Part shown: one piece after another, positions 1 to 10,645 of the stretch
How the letters are laid out: each line of letters begins with the position of its first letter
Position numbering within the stretch: position 1 is the stretch's first letter
From: an uncultured Planctomycetota bacterium
GTDB lineage: Bacteria; Planctomycetota; Planctomycetia; Isosphaerales; Isosphaeraceae
Length of the DNA stretch: 64,000 nt
NCBI GenBank assembly: GCA_963823665.1
Contig: CAWGMQ010000007.1
Coordinates: 128,001-192,000 of the forward strand
Direction of reading: 5' to 3'
Translations under genes and position numbers: made by a program
The notes under the pieces: model-generated
What the model saw: only the letters and a program-made list of their open reading frames with translations
Told to the model about the DNA's origin: nothing
Database searches by the model: none

Positions 1-406
1 CAAGAAGCTGACGATCTACGGGATGGATGAATCGGATCTAGGCGGCGACGCGGAGGCAGTGGCGCGGTCGCTTGGTGTCGAGCCGCAGCGCGATCCGGAG
101 CCGAAGCGGAATGTCTTCATCCGAAGCGATCAGTATAGCTTCATCCGGCGCGGGGTTCCGGCGCTGGCGCTCAAGGTGGGGCTCGACAAGGGATCGCCGG
201 AGGAAGAGATGCAGAAGAAATGGCTGAAGGAGCGCTACCATGCGCCCTCGGACGACGTTGCGCAACCGGTGGACATGCAGGCCGCCGGGGCGTTCGACGT
301 GCTGGTTGCCAGGTTGCTCGAGCGCGTCGCCAACCGCACGGAACGGCCGCACTGGAAAGAATCGTCGTTCTTCAAGCGGTTCGAGCAGCATGGCGACGGG
401 AAGTGA
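1..406 (+). CDS. M28-family peptidase, C-terminal part (5' end outside window)
   Basis: RSDQYSF..GVPAL and YHAPSDD motifs typical of M28 aminopeptidases. Confidence 0.8.
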   Translation, partial: KKLTIYGMDESDLGGDAEAVARSLGVEPQRDPEPKRNVFIRSDQYSFIRRGVPALALKVGLDKGSPEEEMQKKWLKERYHAPSDDVAQPVDMQAAGAFDVLVARLLERVANRTERPHWKESSFFKRFEQHGDGK

Positions 407-433
407 ACAAAGCCAAGCTTCGGTCATTTCCGA

Positions 434-787
434 GTGAAGGCAATCGACAGTCGGGGAGATATACTCGTGCGACTGAATCGCAAGAAGGCCGCGAGGCTGG
501 CGGCGTTCTCGACCCTCCTGATCGTCGCCGTCGTCGCCTCGTATCTTCTGCTCCTCCGCCATCCTGGCTTGTTCTTTGCTTACTCGTTTTCGCACGGCGG
601 AATCACGCTCTATTCGGATGAGCCCATTCTCCCTCTTCCTGCCGGACGCATCCTCGAGGAGGTCGAGCGGCGTCTCGCCCATAGCGCCCACCTCCTCGAT
701 CGGAAGGGGATCAGTGTCGAAGACCTGCTCAACACCGACTTCGACCAGGCGCAACTCGAGGCAGAGATCCGGGGGACGTCAGGCTGA
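434..787 (+). CDS. Small membrane-anchored hypothetical protein, possibly an internally deleted relic
   Basis: 117 aa ORF with an N-terminal hydrophobic helix. Confidence 0.4.
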   Translation: MKAIDSRGDILVRLNRKKAARLAAFSTLLIVAVVASYLLLLRHPGLFFAYSFSHGGITLYSDEPILPLPAGRILEEVERRLAHSAHLLDRKGISVEDLLNTDFDQAQLEAEIRGTSG

Positions 788-795
788 AGCCTGAC

Positions 796-1541
796 CTACT
801 CCGATGCGCGCCGTTTCAGGAACGGCCGGCAGTATTCCAGGAGTTTCAGGTCGCCAAGCTCTTCCTCGAGCTCGTCCTGACTCGGGTGGTCCATGCTCGC
901 GAGCACTTCGCCGAGCAAGAAATCCACGAACTTCCGTCGCGACCGCATCACTGCTTGGCGCACGGCCCCGGCGGAGAGCAGCCGCCCGACGGCGCGGGAA
1001 AGCCCTTCCGCGGCCTCATCTGAGGGAAGATCAGGGTTATCGACGCGGAAGCGGAGTACCGTGTGATACGGCTGGCCGCTGCTTTTCTCGAGCGCCGCAG
1101 CGCGTTCCAGGCACGATCGAGCAGGTCATTGCGCCAGCTCGCGATGAATTCCCCTTCAAACCGACTGAGCGCGGGGTCGGGGATGTCCGGCCCCGCACTC
1201 GACGAATTTCGGGCCCTGCTCGAATTCTTGCGGCGAAAGTGATCGCTGATCATGTTCTGAACCGCGCGCTTCACGTAGTCGCGGAATCGGCCGCGGTCCC
1301 GGCTGCTGCGGCGGAAGTCTCCGCGCAAGAAGCGAACCGCGAACTCCTGATCGAGCTCCTCCGCGTCGTCAGGATTCTTCACCGCCTTGAGAAAGTAGCG
1401 GTGGACAGCGCCGGCATACCGGCACATCAGTCGAGATACCGCCGGATTGACCTGATCGGGGGTACCGCTGTGGGCCTCGATGACGGCCGTCCAGTGCGTG
1501 GTCATCTGGCTGAGTCGAGGCTCGGGTTCGACGTACTCCAT
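796..1541 (-). CDS. Planctomycete-type ECF sigma factor, one frameshift near 1090
   Basis: TTHWTAV..RYAGAVHRY..DAEELDQEF..RGRFRDYVK. The C-terminus continues in another frame (AVRQAVMRSRRKF..EEELGDLKLLEYC..) to TAG at 796. Confidence 0.8.
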
Positions 1542-2283
1542 GATCGGCACTTCCGCGCCTGAGAAATCTCCGCCTGCCCCGCATTCGGGCCCGCTGGAGC
1601 AATCGATTCGGCTCGCTCGGCGCATTTTACACAAGCCCCGCGGATCGTGCCAAAACCGCAAAAAGTAAAAAATCCGATCCATCGGTGAGACAATGCTGGC
1701 AATCGAGCGTATGAGTGATAGGAACGGTGAAGAGGCGGCGGGGCATAGCGAGCCTTCTGGCCACTTTGCGTCGCGCGCTGAACGGTTGTTCGGTCAATCT
1801 TTCTGAAGCGTTTGATTTGCGGGTCGATCGGTGCGGAGCTTGAAGCGCCGTGCGATCTGATCCCAATTGCGAGGAGAAGAGGAGCACGCCCATGTTTGAG
1901 TGGCTGTTGCGTTCGGCTCAATCCATCATTTTTTCTGTGCATAACATCCGCCTGAATCATCCCGAGCCCGATTGCAAACAGACCGACCTGATCGCTCGGA
2001 TTGATCTCGAAAATCGTTCGACGAGCCCGCCGATGGGCCTCCGCGGCCATCTCTCCGCGTGACTCCCGGATAGTGACCGGGCGCGGCGGGAGGTTCTCGC
2101 ATCATCGCCGTTCGTGTGTTTGCTAACTGAGGGGACGCGCACGTTGCCCCGCCCGGGGAGTGCGCGCGGCCTGCTCTCACGGTTGAAGCCTGTGTTCGGC
2201 TCGATCCTGCCGGAAGAGTACCCGGCGGCAGGTGCGGTCTTCGTCCGTGATTTACCTGGGGATTCTTGAGACGAGTGACGACA

Positions 2284-3252
2284 ATGACTCATCATAATTT
2301 GTCGCGACGAGAAGTTCCGTGGCATGCACTGCTCAATTGCCCCGAGGCGGGAATCCTTGGGGCGCGTGAGGAACGCGAGTTGCTGGTCGAGCTGGTTGAC
2401 TGCAGGAATCGAATCCTCGCGGCTGCTCCAGTTGCGAATTCCGAGGCGCCAGAGAATAGTTTCCAGCAACGAGTCCGCGAGCTGGCGAGCCGGCCGGAGG
2501 GGCTGGATCCGGTCGAGGACGCGCTCCGGACGGTCGCGCAGCGTTACCAGGTGATCCGCTCGAAGCTGGCCATGGCGAATGTTCGCCTGGTCGCCCATGT
2601 GGCCAAGCCTTATCAAGGGCGGGGAATTCCTCCGGCCGACTTGCTCCAGGAAGGGATTTGCTCTCTTCTGGCTGCCATTGACCGCTTCGATGTCGTGCAA
2701 GAGACCCGGCTGGCCACCTACGCGATCTGGTGGATTCGCCAGGGTATTCAGCGCGCCATTGCGGCGGGCGCCTACCCGGTTCGCTTGAACCCGCGGCTGC
2801 TCTACCGCCTGGCACAACACGGCCAAAGCGAAGGCGACGAGGAGTGGGTGCGCCGTGGCGGCGCGAAACGGGCACACAAGGACGGGGCAGAGGGGGCCGC
2901 ATCCCGGTCCCTGGATCACCTGCTTGCAGCGACGCGGCCCCCGCTCTCGCTTGATGCACCCAGCCAGTCGGACGGCGTGACGGCACTCGCCGATTTCTTC
3001 ATCCTGGGCGAAACCGAGGACCAGGAAGACACGGACTCCGACGAATTCGTCGGGGTTCTGATCGAGAGTCTCGACCCGAGGGAACAGCTCATCCTCACGC
3101 TCCGGTTTGGCCTCAAAGGCAAGGAGCAGCAGACACTCGTCCAGGTCAGCAAACTGCTCGGCGTCTCGAAAGAGCGCGTGCGCCAACTCGAAGCACGAGC
3201 GCTGCGAAAACTCCGGGAGGGTACCTTACGCTCCGGGGGCAACGTGGTGTAA
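2284..3252 (+). CDS. RpoD/RpoS-family sigma-70 factor
   Basis: Region 2 (ANVRLV..DLLQEG..TYAIWWIRQ) and region 4 (LRFGL..TLVQV..VSKERVRQLEARALRKLR). Confidence 0.9.
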   Translation: MTHHNLSRREVPWHALLNCPEAGILGAREERELLVELVDCRNRILAAAPVANSEAPENSFQQRVRELASRPEGLDPVEDALRTVAQRYQVIRSKLAMANVRLVAHVAKPYQGRGIPPADLLQEGICSLLAAIDRFDVVQETRLATYAIWWIRQGIQRAIAAGAYPVRLNPRLLYRLAQHGQSEGDEEWVRRGGAKRAHKDGAEGAASRSLDHLLAATRPPLSLDAPSQSDGVTALADFFILGETEDQEDTDSDEFVGVLIESLDPREQLILTLRFGLKGKEQQTLVQVSKLLGVSKERVRQLEARALRKLREGTLRSGGNVV

Positions 3253-3293
3253 GCTCCGAAAAGGGTCGATCTCATCGGAAGCGGGAAACGCAC

Positions 3294-3524
3294 ATGGCGG
3301 ACCGGAACGAACGAGTGCCCGAAAACGCGGCGGGAGCGTTCTACGTCGACTCGACGTGCATCGACTGCGATCTTTGCCGCGAGACGGCGCCACACAGTTT
3401 CAAGCGGAACGACTCGGAACACCGCAGCTACGTATTTCACCAGCCGGTCGATGCCGCCCAGGTAGCCGCGTGCGCAGCGGCGCTCGAGGAATGCCCGGTC
3501 GAGGCGATCGGGCGCGATGGGTGA
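3294..3524 (+). CDS. Single-cluster ferredoxin
   Basis: CIDCDLC...CPVEAIG. Confidence 0.9.
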   Translation: MADRNERVPENAAGAFYVDSTCIDCDLCRETAPHSFKRNDSEHRSYVFHQPVDAAQVAACAAALEECPVEAIGRDG

Positions 3525-3542
3525 GTTGCACTGAGGAGCCTC

Positions 3543-4664
3543 TTACCGCACGCCGCGTCCAGCATTCCGCTCAGCCTCGACGATCAAGCGATCAAACCCA
3601 TAAAGCAGCTCTTCGCGATGGGAGTAGGGCCCGGGTCGGTACGCGCGCGATTGCAACCCGAGCTGCATCTGCTCGCAGACGTGCCAGTCCTGGCGGTTGG
3701 TCAAATCCCAGAACTCGAACGCGTCGGCTGGATCGAAGTCGGCCCGCGCGAGCACATCGGAGTGAAACAACAACTCGCAGACGATCTCGGTGCGGCCCGC
3801 GCCACGGGGCCAGAGGGTGTGGACCATCACGTAGTCGGGATGAAGGGAGAGCAGCAAGTTCGGCAAGAATGCGTAGAAATAGACGTACCGCATATCGTCG
3901 CCCGAGACGCCGGGCAGGCATTCCCGCCGCATGGCGCCATCGAATGAGAATGTTCCGATTCCTTCACGGAGGCGCATCCGCCCGCCAAGGTAGCTTGGAC
4001 TTGCGGGCTCGTTCTCGCCGCTCAAGTAGTGCGAGAGCTTTTGCAAGGCGGGATGCACGCCCGGGCAATGCAGGCATTCGGAGTAGTTGTGGATGATTAG
4101 CTTCCAGTTGGCGGCCACGTCGTAGACGACTTGCTTCCCGCACCGGAGCTCGCCCATCTTCCAGGGTGCGAACCGCGCGTCGATGCCATCGAGCTGCTCC
4201 TTGAGCGGAACGGGCTTCTCACTCAAGTTGAGGAAGACGTGGCCGTCCCAGACATCTGTGGCGATTGGCACGAGGGGGTAATCCTCGAGGCGAAACCCTG
4301 GGGCGCGGTCCATCTGCGGCGCCGCCAGCAGACAGCCTTCCAGGTTGAAGGTCCAGGCGTGATAGGGGCATTGAATGGTCGAGGGGAATCGGCCCGCGCA
4401 CTCATTCACCAGTCGCGTGCCGCGATGGCGGCAGACGTTGTAGAATGCCCGTAGCTCGTGGCGATCGTCTCTCAAGACGATCAAGCTCTCGCCGGCAATC
4501 TCGCGCACGAAGAACTGGCCGGGATTTGCTACATCTTCGGCCCGTCCGGCGTGGAACCACGTGGTCAAGAATAGCCACTCAAGCTCGGCACGGTAGTACT
4601 CTTCGTCGATATAATACCGAGCCGGTAGGCTCATGCCGGTGAGCGTTTGCGTTGGCACAGTCAT
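3543..4664 (-). CDS. Rieske non-heme iron oxygenase alpha subunit (choline monooxygenase/GbcA-like)
   Basis: CRHRG..CPYHAW Rieske motif; NWK..ECLHC..H mononuclear iron site; QD..CE. Confidence 0.9.
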   Translation of the reverse strand: MTVPTQTLTGMSLPARYYIDEEYYRAELEWLFLTTWFHAGRAEDVANPGQFFVREIAGESLIVLRDDRHELRAFYNVCRHRGTRLVNECAGRFPSTIQCPYHAWTFNLEGCLLAAPQMDRAPGFRLEDYPLVPIATDVWDGHVFLNLSEKPVPLKEQLDGIDARFAPWKMGELRCGKQVVYDVAANWKLIIHNYSECLHCPGVHPALQKLSHYLSGENEPASPSYLGGRMRLREGIGTFSFDGAMRRECLPGVSGDDMRYVYFYAFLPNLLLSLHPDYVMVHTLWPRGAGRTEIVCELLFHSDVLARADFDPADAFEFWDLTNRQDWHVCEQMQLGLQSRAYRPGPYSHREELLYGFDRLIVEAERNAGRGVR

Positions 4665-4945
4665 ATCGAATCCTTGCTCAGCTCGAGTGTTGCCGCCACT
4701 GTAGAGCATCGCCGGCTCGGTCGTAAAGAGTCTTGCTCAATCGGAGTCGACCAGCCTTTCAAAGTCGGCTCGACGCTGGGCGCCATGACCGGCTCATGCG
4801 ATTCGGCGCATCCCGGCGTGAACGGCATCAGCTTTGCAAGATAAAAGTATAATGGCACCGGTTGGTCTGTGATGCGCCAACCAATCCCGCCGACTTGGCT
4901 GGGTGGGGTGCGAGAGTGCACGTCCCTGGGTAAGAGAGGGGGTCA

Positions 4946-5416
4946 GTGATGCGTCGGAAGAGATTGATCTGGGTCGGCGTCGTGGTGGTGGGATCGGCCT
5001 TGGGATGCGGGGCCTGGGCGATTGCGCAAGATCGCGTGAAAGTGGAGGTGACGGTTCCGGCGGTGCCCAATATCGGCACGGTCGCGCCGACCCCGGCGCC
5101 CGCGGATCTCGGGGGCTCGTCTCGGGGTGTGGTTTATATCGGCTACCGTGGGGCCTATCACGTTCTGGGAGGCGGGCACGAGGGCCACGCGATGTACCGC
5201 GACGCCAATAACCAGTTCTGGTCCAACAACCTGACGTATTACAGTACGAGCAATGGCTACTGGATTGCCTCGGTCAACGGCGTTCCGGATACATACCTGG
5301 CATTCCAGACCACGCCGGCGAGCCCCGACGCTCCGTTTTTCAGGGTGCTCATCCACACGCCGAACACCTCTGGATATGTGGCCTGGGATGAGGCGACCAG
5401 GGGCAATACGCAGTAA
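4946..5416 (+). CDS. Secreted hypothetical protein
   Basis: Signal peptide ending AWAIA; purine-rich RBS upstream. Confidence 0.6.
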   Translation: MMRRKRLIWVGVVVVGSALGCGAWAIAQDRVKVEVTVPAVPNIGTVAPTPAPADLGGSSRGVVYIGYRGAYHVLGGGHEGHAMYRDANNQFWSNNLTYYSTSNGYWIASVNGVPDTYLAFQTTPASPDAPFFRVLIHTPNTSGYVAWDEATRGNTQ

Positions 5417-5656
5417 GCAATCGCGCAGTGACCGTCATCGATGAGCGAGCCGGTGTGCGGGTGGCCTGGACCCGACGTCCGGCTCGCGGCCCACCCTGAG
5501 CATTTGCGGCGTTGCAGTAGGTTCTGTGAAGAACCCGTGTTTGACGGGACGAGGAAAACTAAGCGCACGCGTTTTCTCCTGACGATAGTAAAAGAATGGT
5601 GCGTTGCCGGCGGCGAGCTTGCCGGTTCTGGAGCCGGGGATTTCAGGAGGATTGTG

Positions 5657-6667
5657 ATGGCTCGGCCCTTGCTGAAGTTGACGCTGGGATGCTGGCTGGT
5701 CCTCGGGTTAGGCGCTGCTCGTTCGCTCGCGGATGCCTGGACAGATGCGCTCTTCCCGGAGAGGAGCCACGACTTCGGGATGGTGCCGCGGGGCGTGAAG
5801 GTCAAGCATGACTTTCTCCTGGTCAACCGGCTGTCCGAGCCGATCACCATTCTCAATTTGCGGCCTTCGTGCGGGTGCACGAGCGGGAAGGCGCATGCAT
5901 CGACGGTTGCGCCTGGTGAGTCGACGGTGATCGAGGCCGAGATGGACACGCGAAACTTCGTCGGTCCCAAGGCGACCGTCCTGTTTGTGAATTTGATCAC
6001 CGCCAGCGGCCGCGAGTCCGAGGCGCGTCTGGCCGTTTCGTCGTTCATCCTGAGCGACATCGTGCTGAACCCCGGCGCCGTCGATTTCGGGACCGTGAAG
6101 CGCGGGCAGGCGGCCACGCAGGTGCTCACAATCGATCGGATCAACCGCCCCGACTGGAAATTCACTCGCATGGTCTCGGCCACACGATCTCTCTCCGCCC
6201 AGCTTGTCGAGACCTCCCGGAAGGATGCCGCCGTGAGCTACGCGCTCACGGTCAGTGTGAAGCCCGACGCGCCTGCCGGCTTGCTGCGCGATGAGCTGCG
6301 TTTGATCAGCAATGATCCAGAGACTCCGAGCATCCCCATCATGGTAACCGGCGTGATTCGCGGTGACTTGACCGCCGCGCCGTCGGTGTTGTCGCTGGGC
6401 CAGGTGCATTCTTCGGCTGGCGCCCACGGGCGCTTCGTCGTTCGCGCCTCGCGGCCATTCGCGATCCGCGCGATCGAAGGAGCCGGCAATGGGTTTGTCA
6501 CGTCAGCTCCGGATGGGACGCGCCAGGCCGCCCATGTGGTGACGGTGGCATACAAACCCGAAGAGGGCACGACCACCGGCGATATCCGCCGCGTCTTCCG
6601 CGTGCACACCGACCTGCCGGATGAGCCGGCGCTGGACTTGACGGCGACGTTGCACGTGGTGCCGTGA
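5657..6667 (+). CDS. DUF1573-domain secreted protein
   Basis: HDFGMV..SCGCT motif, signal peptide, AGGAGG RBS. Confidence 0.85.
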   Translation: MARPLLKLTLGCWLVLGLGAARSLADAWTDALFPERSHDFGMVPRGVKVKHDFLLVNRLSEPITILNLRPSCGCTSGKAHASTVAPGESTVIEAEMDTRNFVGPKATVLFVNLITASGRESEARLAVSSFILSDIVLNPGAVDFGTVKRGQAATQVLTIDRINRPDWKFTRMVSATRSLSAQLVETSRKDAAVSYALTVSVKPDAPAGLLRDELRLISNDPETPSIPIMVTGVIRGDLTAAPSVLSLGQVHSSAGAHGRFVVRASRPFAIRAIEGAGNGFVTSAPDGTRQAAHVVTVAYKPEEGTTTGDIRRVFRVHTDLPDEPALDLTATLHVVP

Positions 6668-6749
6668 GGTCCAGCGGCGTACGCATGTCATCGCGGCGGC
6701 AACGCAAATTGAGCTCGACAGCCGGCGGCGTTCGATCGATGCTTGTGCG

Positions 6750-7259
6750 ATGAAATCATCGACGCGGCACCCCTGGTACGGACACCTACGCGTCAGCGTG
6801 CGCGAGCTGCTCGTTCTCATAGCTGGTACCGGTCTCGGTTCCGTCGTCCGCGACGCGCGCATTCAACATAGGGCGGTCGCGATCCTCCTTCAACACGGCC
6901 ACGTTGGATACGACCATCAGCCGTGGGATGGCCGGACCCCAGGCGGTTTGGGCCGAACGGTTCCGAACTGGCTCATGGATCGCGTCGGTGTCGATTATTT
7001 CAGTAACGTCGTGAATGTCCATCTAAACGAGATCGAGCCGAAGTCCTTGGCGGCGCTCTCGTCATTGGCCCGATTCGGACGGCTCGAAACTCTGAACATA
7101 GCTTTCGAACAAAGGCGCTGCCAAACCTCGTTATCGACCGGTGGGAGCTGTGGTGAGCAGGAACGGTCGACGCGCTTCGGCAAGCGGCGACCGCTCCAGG
7201 TCCCGACGACGACTCCGATTGACGATTTTTCGCTCACCTCGACGAATCCACCGGCGTGA
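6750..7259 (+). pseudogene. Truncated paralogue of the membrane-anchored LRR protein at 16662-17600
   Basis: PW..LRVSVR..ARIQ..P.WL...GVDYF..V N-terminus shared with the LRR gene; LRR array missing. Confidence 0.55.
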
Positions 7260-7265
7260 GCGGTA

Positions 7266-8144
7266 TCACGGCGCCAGGTGCCGGTTGCCCCGGATCCACG
7301 GCCGGCGGCGACGGCTGAAGGCGTTGCCCGGCGCCATTCTCGGCGCTGATGCCGGGCCGACCGGCACCGGACTTCCGCCGGGCGATCCCGCCGCCGGCTG
7401 GCTGCCGCCGGGCGTGCGGCTGAGCTTCATCTGCAGGTTTTCGATGGTCGTGTGCAGGTGGCGAACGGCGTGGTCGCAGCCCTGTGTGTTGCCCGAATAC
7501 GAGAGCGAGTGCGCCATGAGCCGCCCCAGCCGGCGTTCGTAAACCACCACGTGAACATATTCGACGAAATCCGTCGCCGGCGAGCCGCAGTGGCCGTGAG
7601 TGCGGGTCAGATCGCCGGATTGCACCAGATCAAAAATCGGCTTCAGATCGGCCGGGCGAAGATGGTGCACGCCTTCGGAATCAATCACCGTGCCGTCCGT
7701 GAAGATCTGCATGAACATGCCGAACTGGCTGCCGTCGTCGGACCGGCCGAGCGCCAGCCGCGTCAGGAGCGGGTCGGCATTGGTGACCGCCGTGCTCGTT
7801 CGTGGCCGGGGCGAAAGCCGCTGGCCAGGAGCACTGCCGCTGACGGGGGGCGTCACCGGCCCCTGTGACGTCAAGCCGCCGTAATCTGAGCCGGTGATTG
7901 GCCCGTAAGGCGAGGCGGACTGGCTGCCTCCAGCCTGACTGCCGGGCGCTCCGACGCCGGGAACGCCGCCCGCCGGTCTCGACGCCGGTGAGCTGCTGTT
8001 CGACGACGACGATGATCCGCCACGGAAGAGCCTGCTCAAGAATCCCTCGTCATCAGCACGCGCGGTAACCAGTCCCGTGCCTGCAACGATCAGACCCGCA
8101 GCAACCATGGTTCTTTCAACAACTTGAGACAATCGCAGATGCAT
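7266..8144 (-). CDS. Secreted hypothetical protein with Gly/Ser/Pro-rich termini
   Basis: Signal peptide (ARA|DD), GGAGG RBS, globular middle section. Confidence 0.7.
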   Translation of the reverse strand: MHLRLSQVVERTMVAAGLIVAGTGLVTARADDEGFLSRLFRGGSSSSSNSSSPASRPAGGVPGVGAPGSQAGGSQSASPYGPITGSDYGGLTSQGPVTPPVSGSAPGQRLSPRPRTSTAVTNADPLLTRLALGRSDDGSQFGMFMQIFTDGTVIDSEGVHHLRPADLKPIFDLVQSGDLTRTHGHCGSPATDFVEYVHVVVYERRLGRLMAHSLSYSGNTQGCDHAVRHLHTTIENLQMKLSRTPGGSQPAAGSPGGSPVPVGPASAPRMAPGNAFSRRRRPWIRGNRHLAP

Positions 8145-8225
8145 CGCCGACCTCCTTGCCGGTTCGCATTCCTGGCCTGGCCGTATCCGTGCCGGTCACT
8201 GCGGTGTGCCCGGCACGCTGTTCCG

Positions 8226-9797
8226 TCAGAACGAGACGACGCGGTAAGCCTCCTCCAGCGTCGTCGTTCCTTCCAGTATTTTATCGACCGCGCTGTGCTT
8301 CAAGGTTCGCATTCCCAGGTCAACTGCGATCCGTCGCAGCACGTCCTTGGGAATTTGCTGGAACACCAGGTCGCGGAGCTCGTCGCCGACGACCATGATC
8401 TCGAAAATGCCCGTTCGCCCCAGGTAACCGGTCTGGAAGCACGCCGGGCAGCCCAGTCCGCGGTGTAGCCGCAAGTCGCGATGCTCGGCGGGCTCGATCT
8501 CCAGCATTCTCAGCATTTTCTCGTCGGCCGCGTAGGTGACCCGGCAATACGGGCAAATCTTGCGGATCAGCCGCTGCGAGACGATCGCCAGCAGGCTGCT
8601 CGAAAGCTGATAGCCGGGGATGCCGAAGTTGTAGAGGTTGCTGATCGTGCTGGGCGCGTCCGAGCCGTGCAGGGTGCTGAAGACGAGCACGCCCGTGAGC
8701 GCGGCTCGGATGCCGATCCGCGCGGTTTCATCGTCGCGAATCTCGCCGATCATGATGATGTCGGGATCCTGCCGAAGCATGGCTCGCAGGCCCTCGCTGA
8801 AGCCCATCTCACCCTGATTGTTGATCTGCGATTGGTTGATGCCCGGAATGCGGTGCTCGATCGGGTCTTCGATCGTCATCACGTTCTTGAGCGGCGAGTT
8901 GATCCGCTCCAGGCAGTTGTAGAGGGTCGAGGTCTTGCCCGAGCCGACCGGCCCGGCGACCAGCACGGCGCCGTAGGGCTGGGTGATCAGCTTGTCGAGC
9001 GTTTCGGCTTGTTCCTTGGTCATGCCCGAGGTGGGTGAAGCCGTCGACGTCGGTCAGTACTTCGTGAATCCGGATGACGATCTTCTCGCCGAAGATCGTG
9101 GGAAAAGTGGCCACGCGGAGGTCGCGCGGGCGGTTATGGTGCTGGATCGTGATGCGGCCGTCCTGGGAATGCTTGCGCTCGACGATGTTCAGGTTCGAGA
9201 TGATCTTGATGCCGGCTGATCACCGGCGTGGCCATGGCCGGCTCGACGAAGAGAATGTCCTGAAGCTGGCCGTCGATGCGGAACCGAACCCGCAGGCCGC
9301 TCTCCTGGGGATCGAAGTGGATGTCGGTCGCCTCGCAGTCGCAAGCGCGTTCCAGGATCTGATCGACGAGCTCCGACAGTGTGGCGGTCTGAACTTTTTC
9401 CTGCAGGTCCTTGCGAACGTCGCGATGATGCTGCGTGCGGTTCGGCGAGAGCGTTCCCGCGGTGGCCGCGGCGACTGCGACCGACCGCTTCGGATCACCA
9501 TTGTCGGTCGCCAGCGCGCTCAATCGCTCGAAGGCAAGCTGGTTGAGCAGATCGGGCGAGATGAGATTAAGCTCAAGAATCGCCTGGCGTAGGTCGCGAT
9601 TGTGTTCGTCGCAATAAACCTGGGCAGAATGCGCCTCCTCGACCGAAAGCAGGCCGCGATTGATCAACAGCTCGATCAGGATCTGATCGCCGTGCGACAG
9701 GCTCGGAAAGAGCGAGGCGGCGGATGCGTGAATTCCGATCTCGCGCCGAAGTGTTCGGTCCCGCGGGAAACTGTGGCGAGGAGGGCAATGGATCCAC
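8226..9797 (-). CDS. GspE/PilB-family secretion ATPase, split by about 3 frameshifts
   Basis: ATDIHFDP..RFRIDG, TFPTIFGEKIVIR, GPVGSGKT, TIEDPIE, LRQDPD..GEIRD, STLH, CxxC..CxxC..GRTGIFE. GTG start at 9797 after AGGAG. Confidence 0.9.
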
Positions 9798-9834
9798 GGC
9801 GGACTCTCCTGGGCGTATGGTCCGCCCAGCCTCA

Positions 9835-9860
9835 TTATCGGCGGCGAACCACGCCCTTGA
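9835..9860 (-). promoter_or_regulatory. Putative sigma-28 (FliA-type) promoter of the GspE/PilB gene
   Basis: Minus strand TCAAG-N13-GCCGATAA; the -10 box is a perfect consensus match. Confidence 0.6.
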
Positions 9861-10105
9861 TCCCAGTTGTCGTACTAATAAGTGAGCCGGTTATCTCGTG
9901 ATGGGCAGCATGCGACCGATGCCATGCTTCGCGTATTGTTCCGCAATTCTGCCGCCCATGCCAAGAAGTTTCTGGAATCACGCCCGTTTTTCCGGCGTCC
10001 TACCCTTCGAACGCCGAAAATCCGGCGCTGGGGAGTTCGTTCCTCCCCACGCCGGTCAGCACAGTTTCAGAATCACAGTGCCCTCAGGTGATTGCAGTCA
10101 GCAAC

Positions 10106-10390
10106 TCACCAGCCCATCATTTCATCCAGCATCCTGTCGAGAGCCAACTCGAGTTTTTCGGGAGTCTCGTACGACCCCGCGGCGATTTGACGCCGAATCT
10201 CGTCGACTCTCTCGTGCCGAATTTCCGGCAACTGGCCAATTCCGTCGAGCATCTTACCCAAGGGTGAGATTTCGACGTGGTCTCGCGGCGCACCTGCGTG
10301 CACTGCTTGACCGGCATCCAGGCTGAACGCAGCCAGTCGCGGGTAAATGGGTTGAGGACCTTGAGTTCCTCCAGCGCCGTAGATTTCCAT
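10106..10390 (-). CDS. flgM: Anti-sigma-28 factor FlgM
   Basis: D.VEIS...EIR.ERVDEIRRQIAAGSY motif; GGAGG RBS. Confidence 0.85.
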   Translation of the reverse strand: MEIYGAGGTQGPQPIYPRLAAFSLDAGQAVHAGAPRDHVEISPLGKMLDGIGQLPEIRHERVDEIRRQIAAGSYETPEKLELALDRMLDEMMGW

Positions 10391-10568
10391 TGCGCCTCCC
10401 AATCAGATGCGTTGGCCGAAGGCTCCGCCGACGGCTTAAACAAGTGTTGTGAAACAAGATACCCACGGAGGCCACACGAAAAGGGAGCCGCCTGACCGCC
10501 AGTCGGATCTTCTCGCTCCGGTCTCCGTACACTCTCTGACGCCCCGTCACGGGCATCCACAGTTCTTT

Positions 10569-10596
10569 GTATCGACCGGATTCCGGGGCGAGTTTA
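10569..10596 (-). promoter_or_regulatory. Putative sigma-28 promoter of flgM
   Basis: Minus strand TAAA-N16-GTCGATAC. Confidence 0.45.
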
Positions 10597-10645
10597 ATGA
10601 AAGCCTCGAACGCGCGAGCTTGCATGGTAGCCGAAGCGACCGGAA

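Noticed and set aside
1957..3186. Long antisense or alternative-frame ORFs (also 804-1562, 5257-6183, 38217-39392, 57971-59194)
   Set aside because: Shadows of real GC-rich genes on the opposite strand, with no motifs of their own
10254..10645. MlaD ORF extension overlapping flgM
   Set aside because: Non-protein-like tail running through the flgM promoter region; likely a stop lost to an indel
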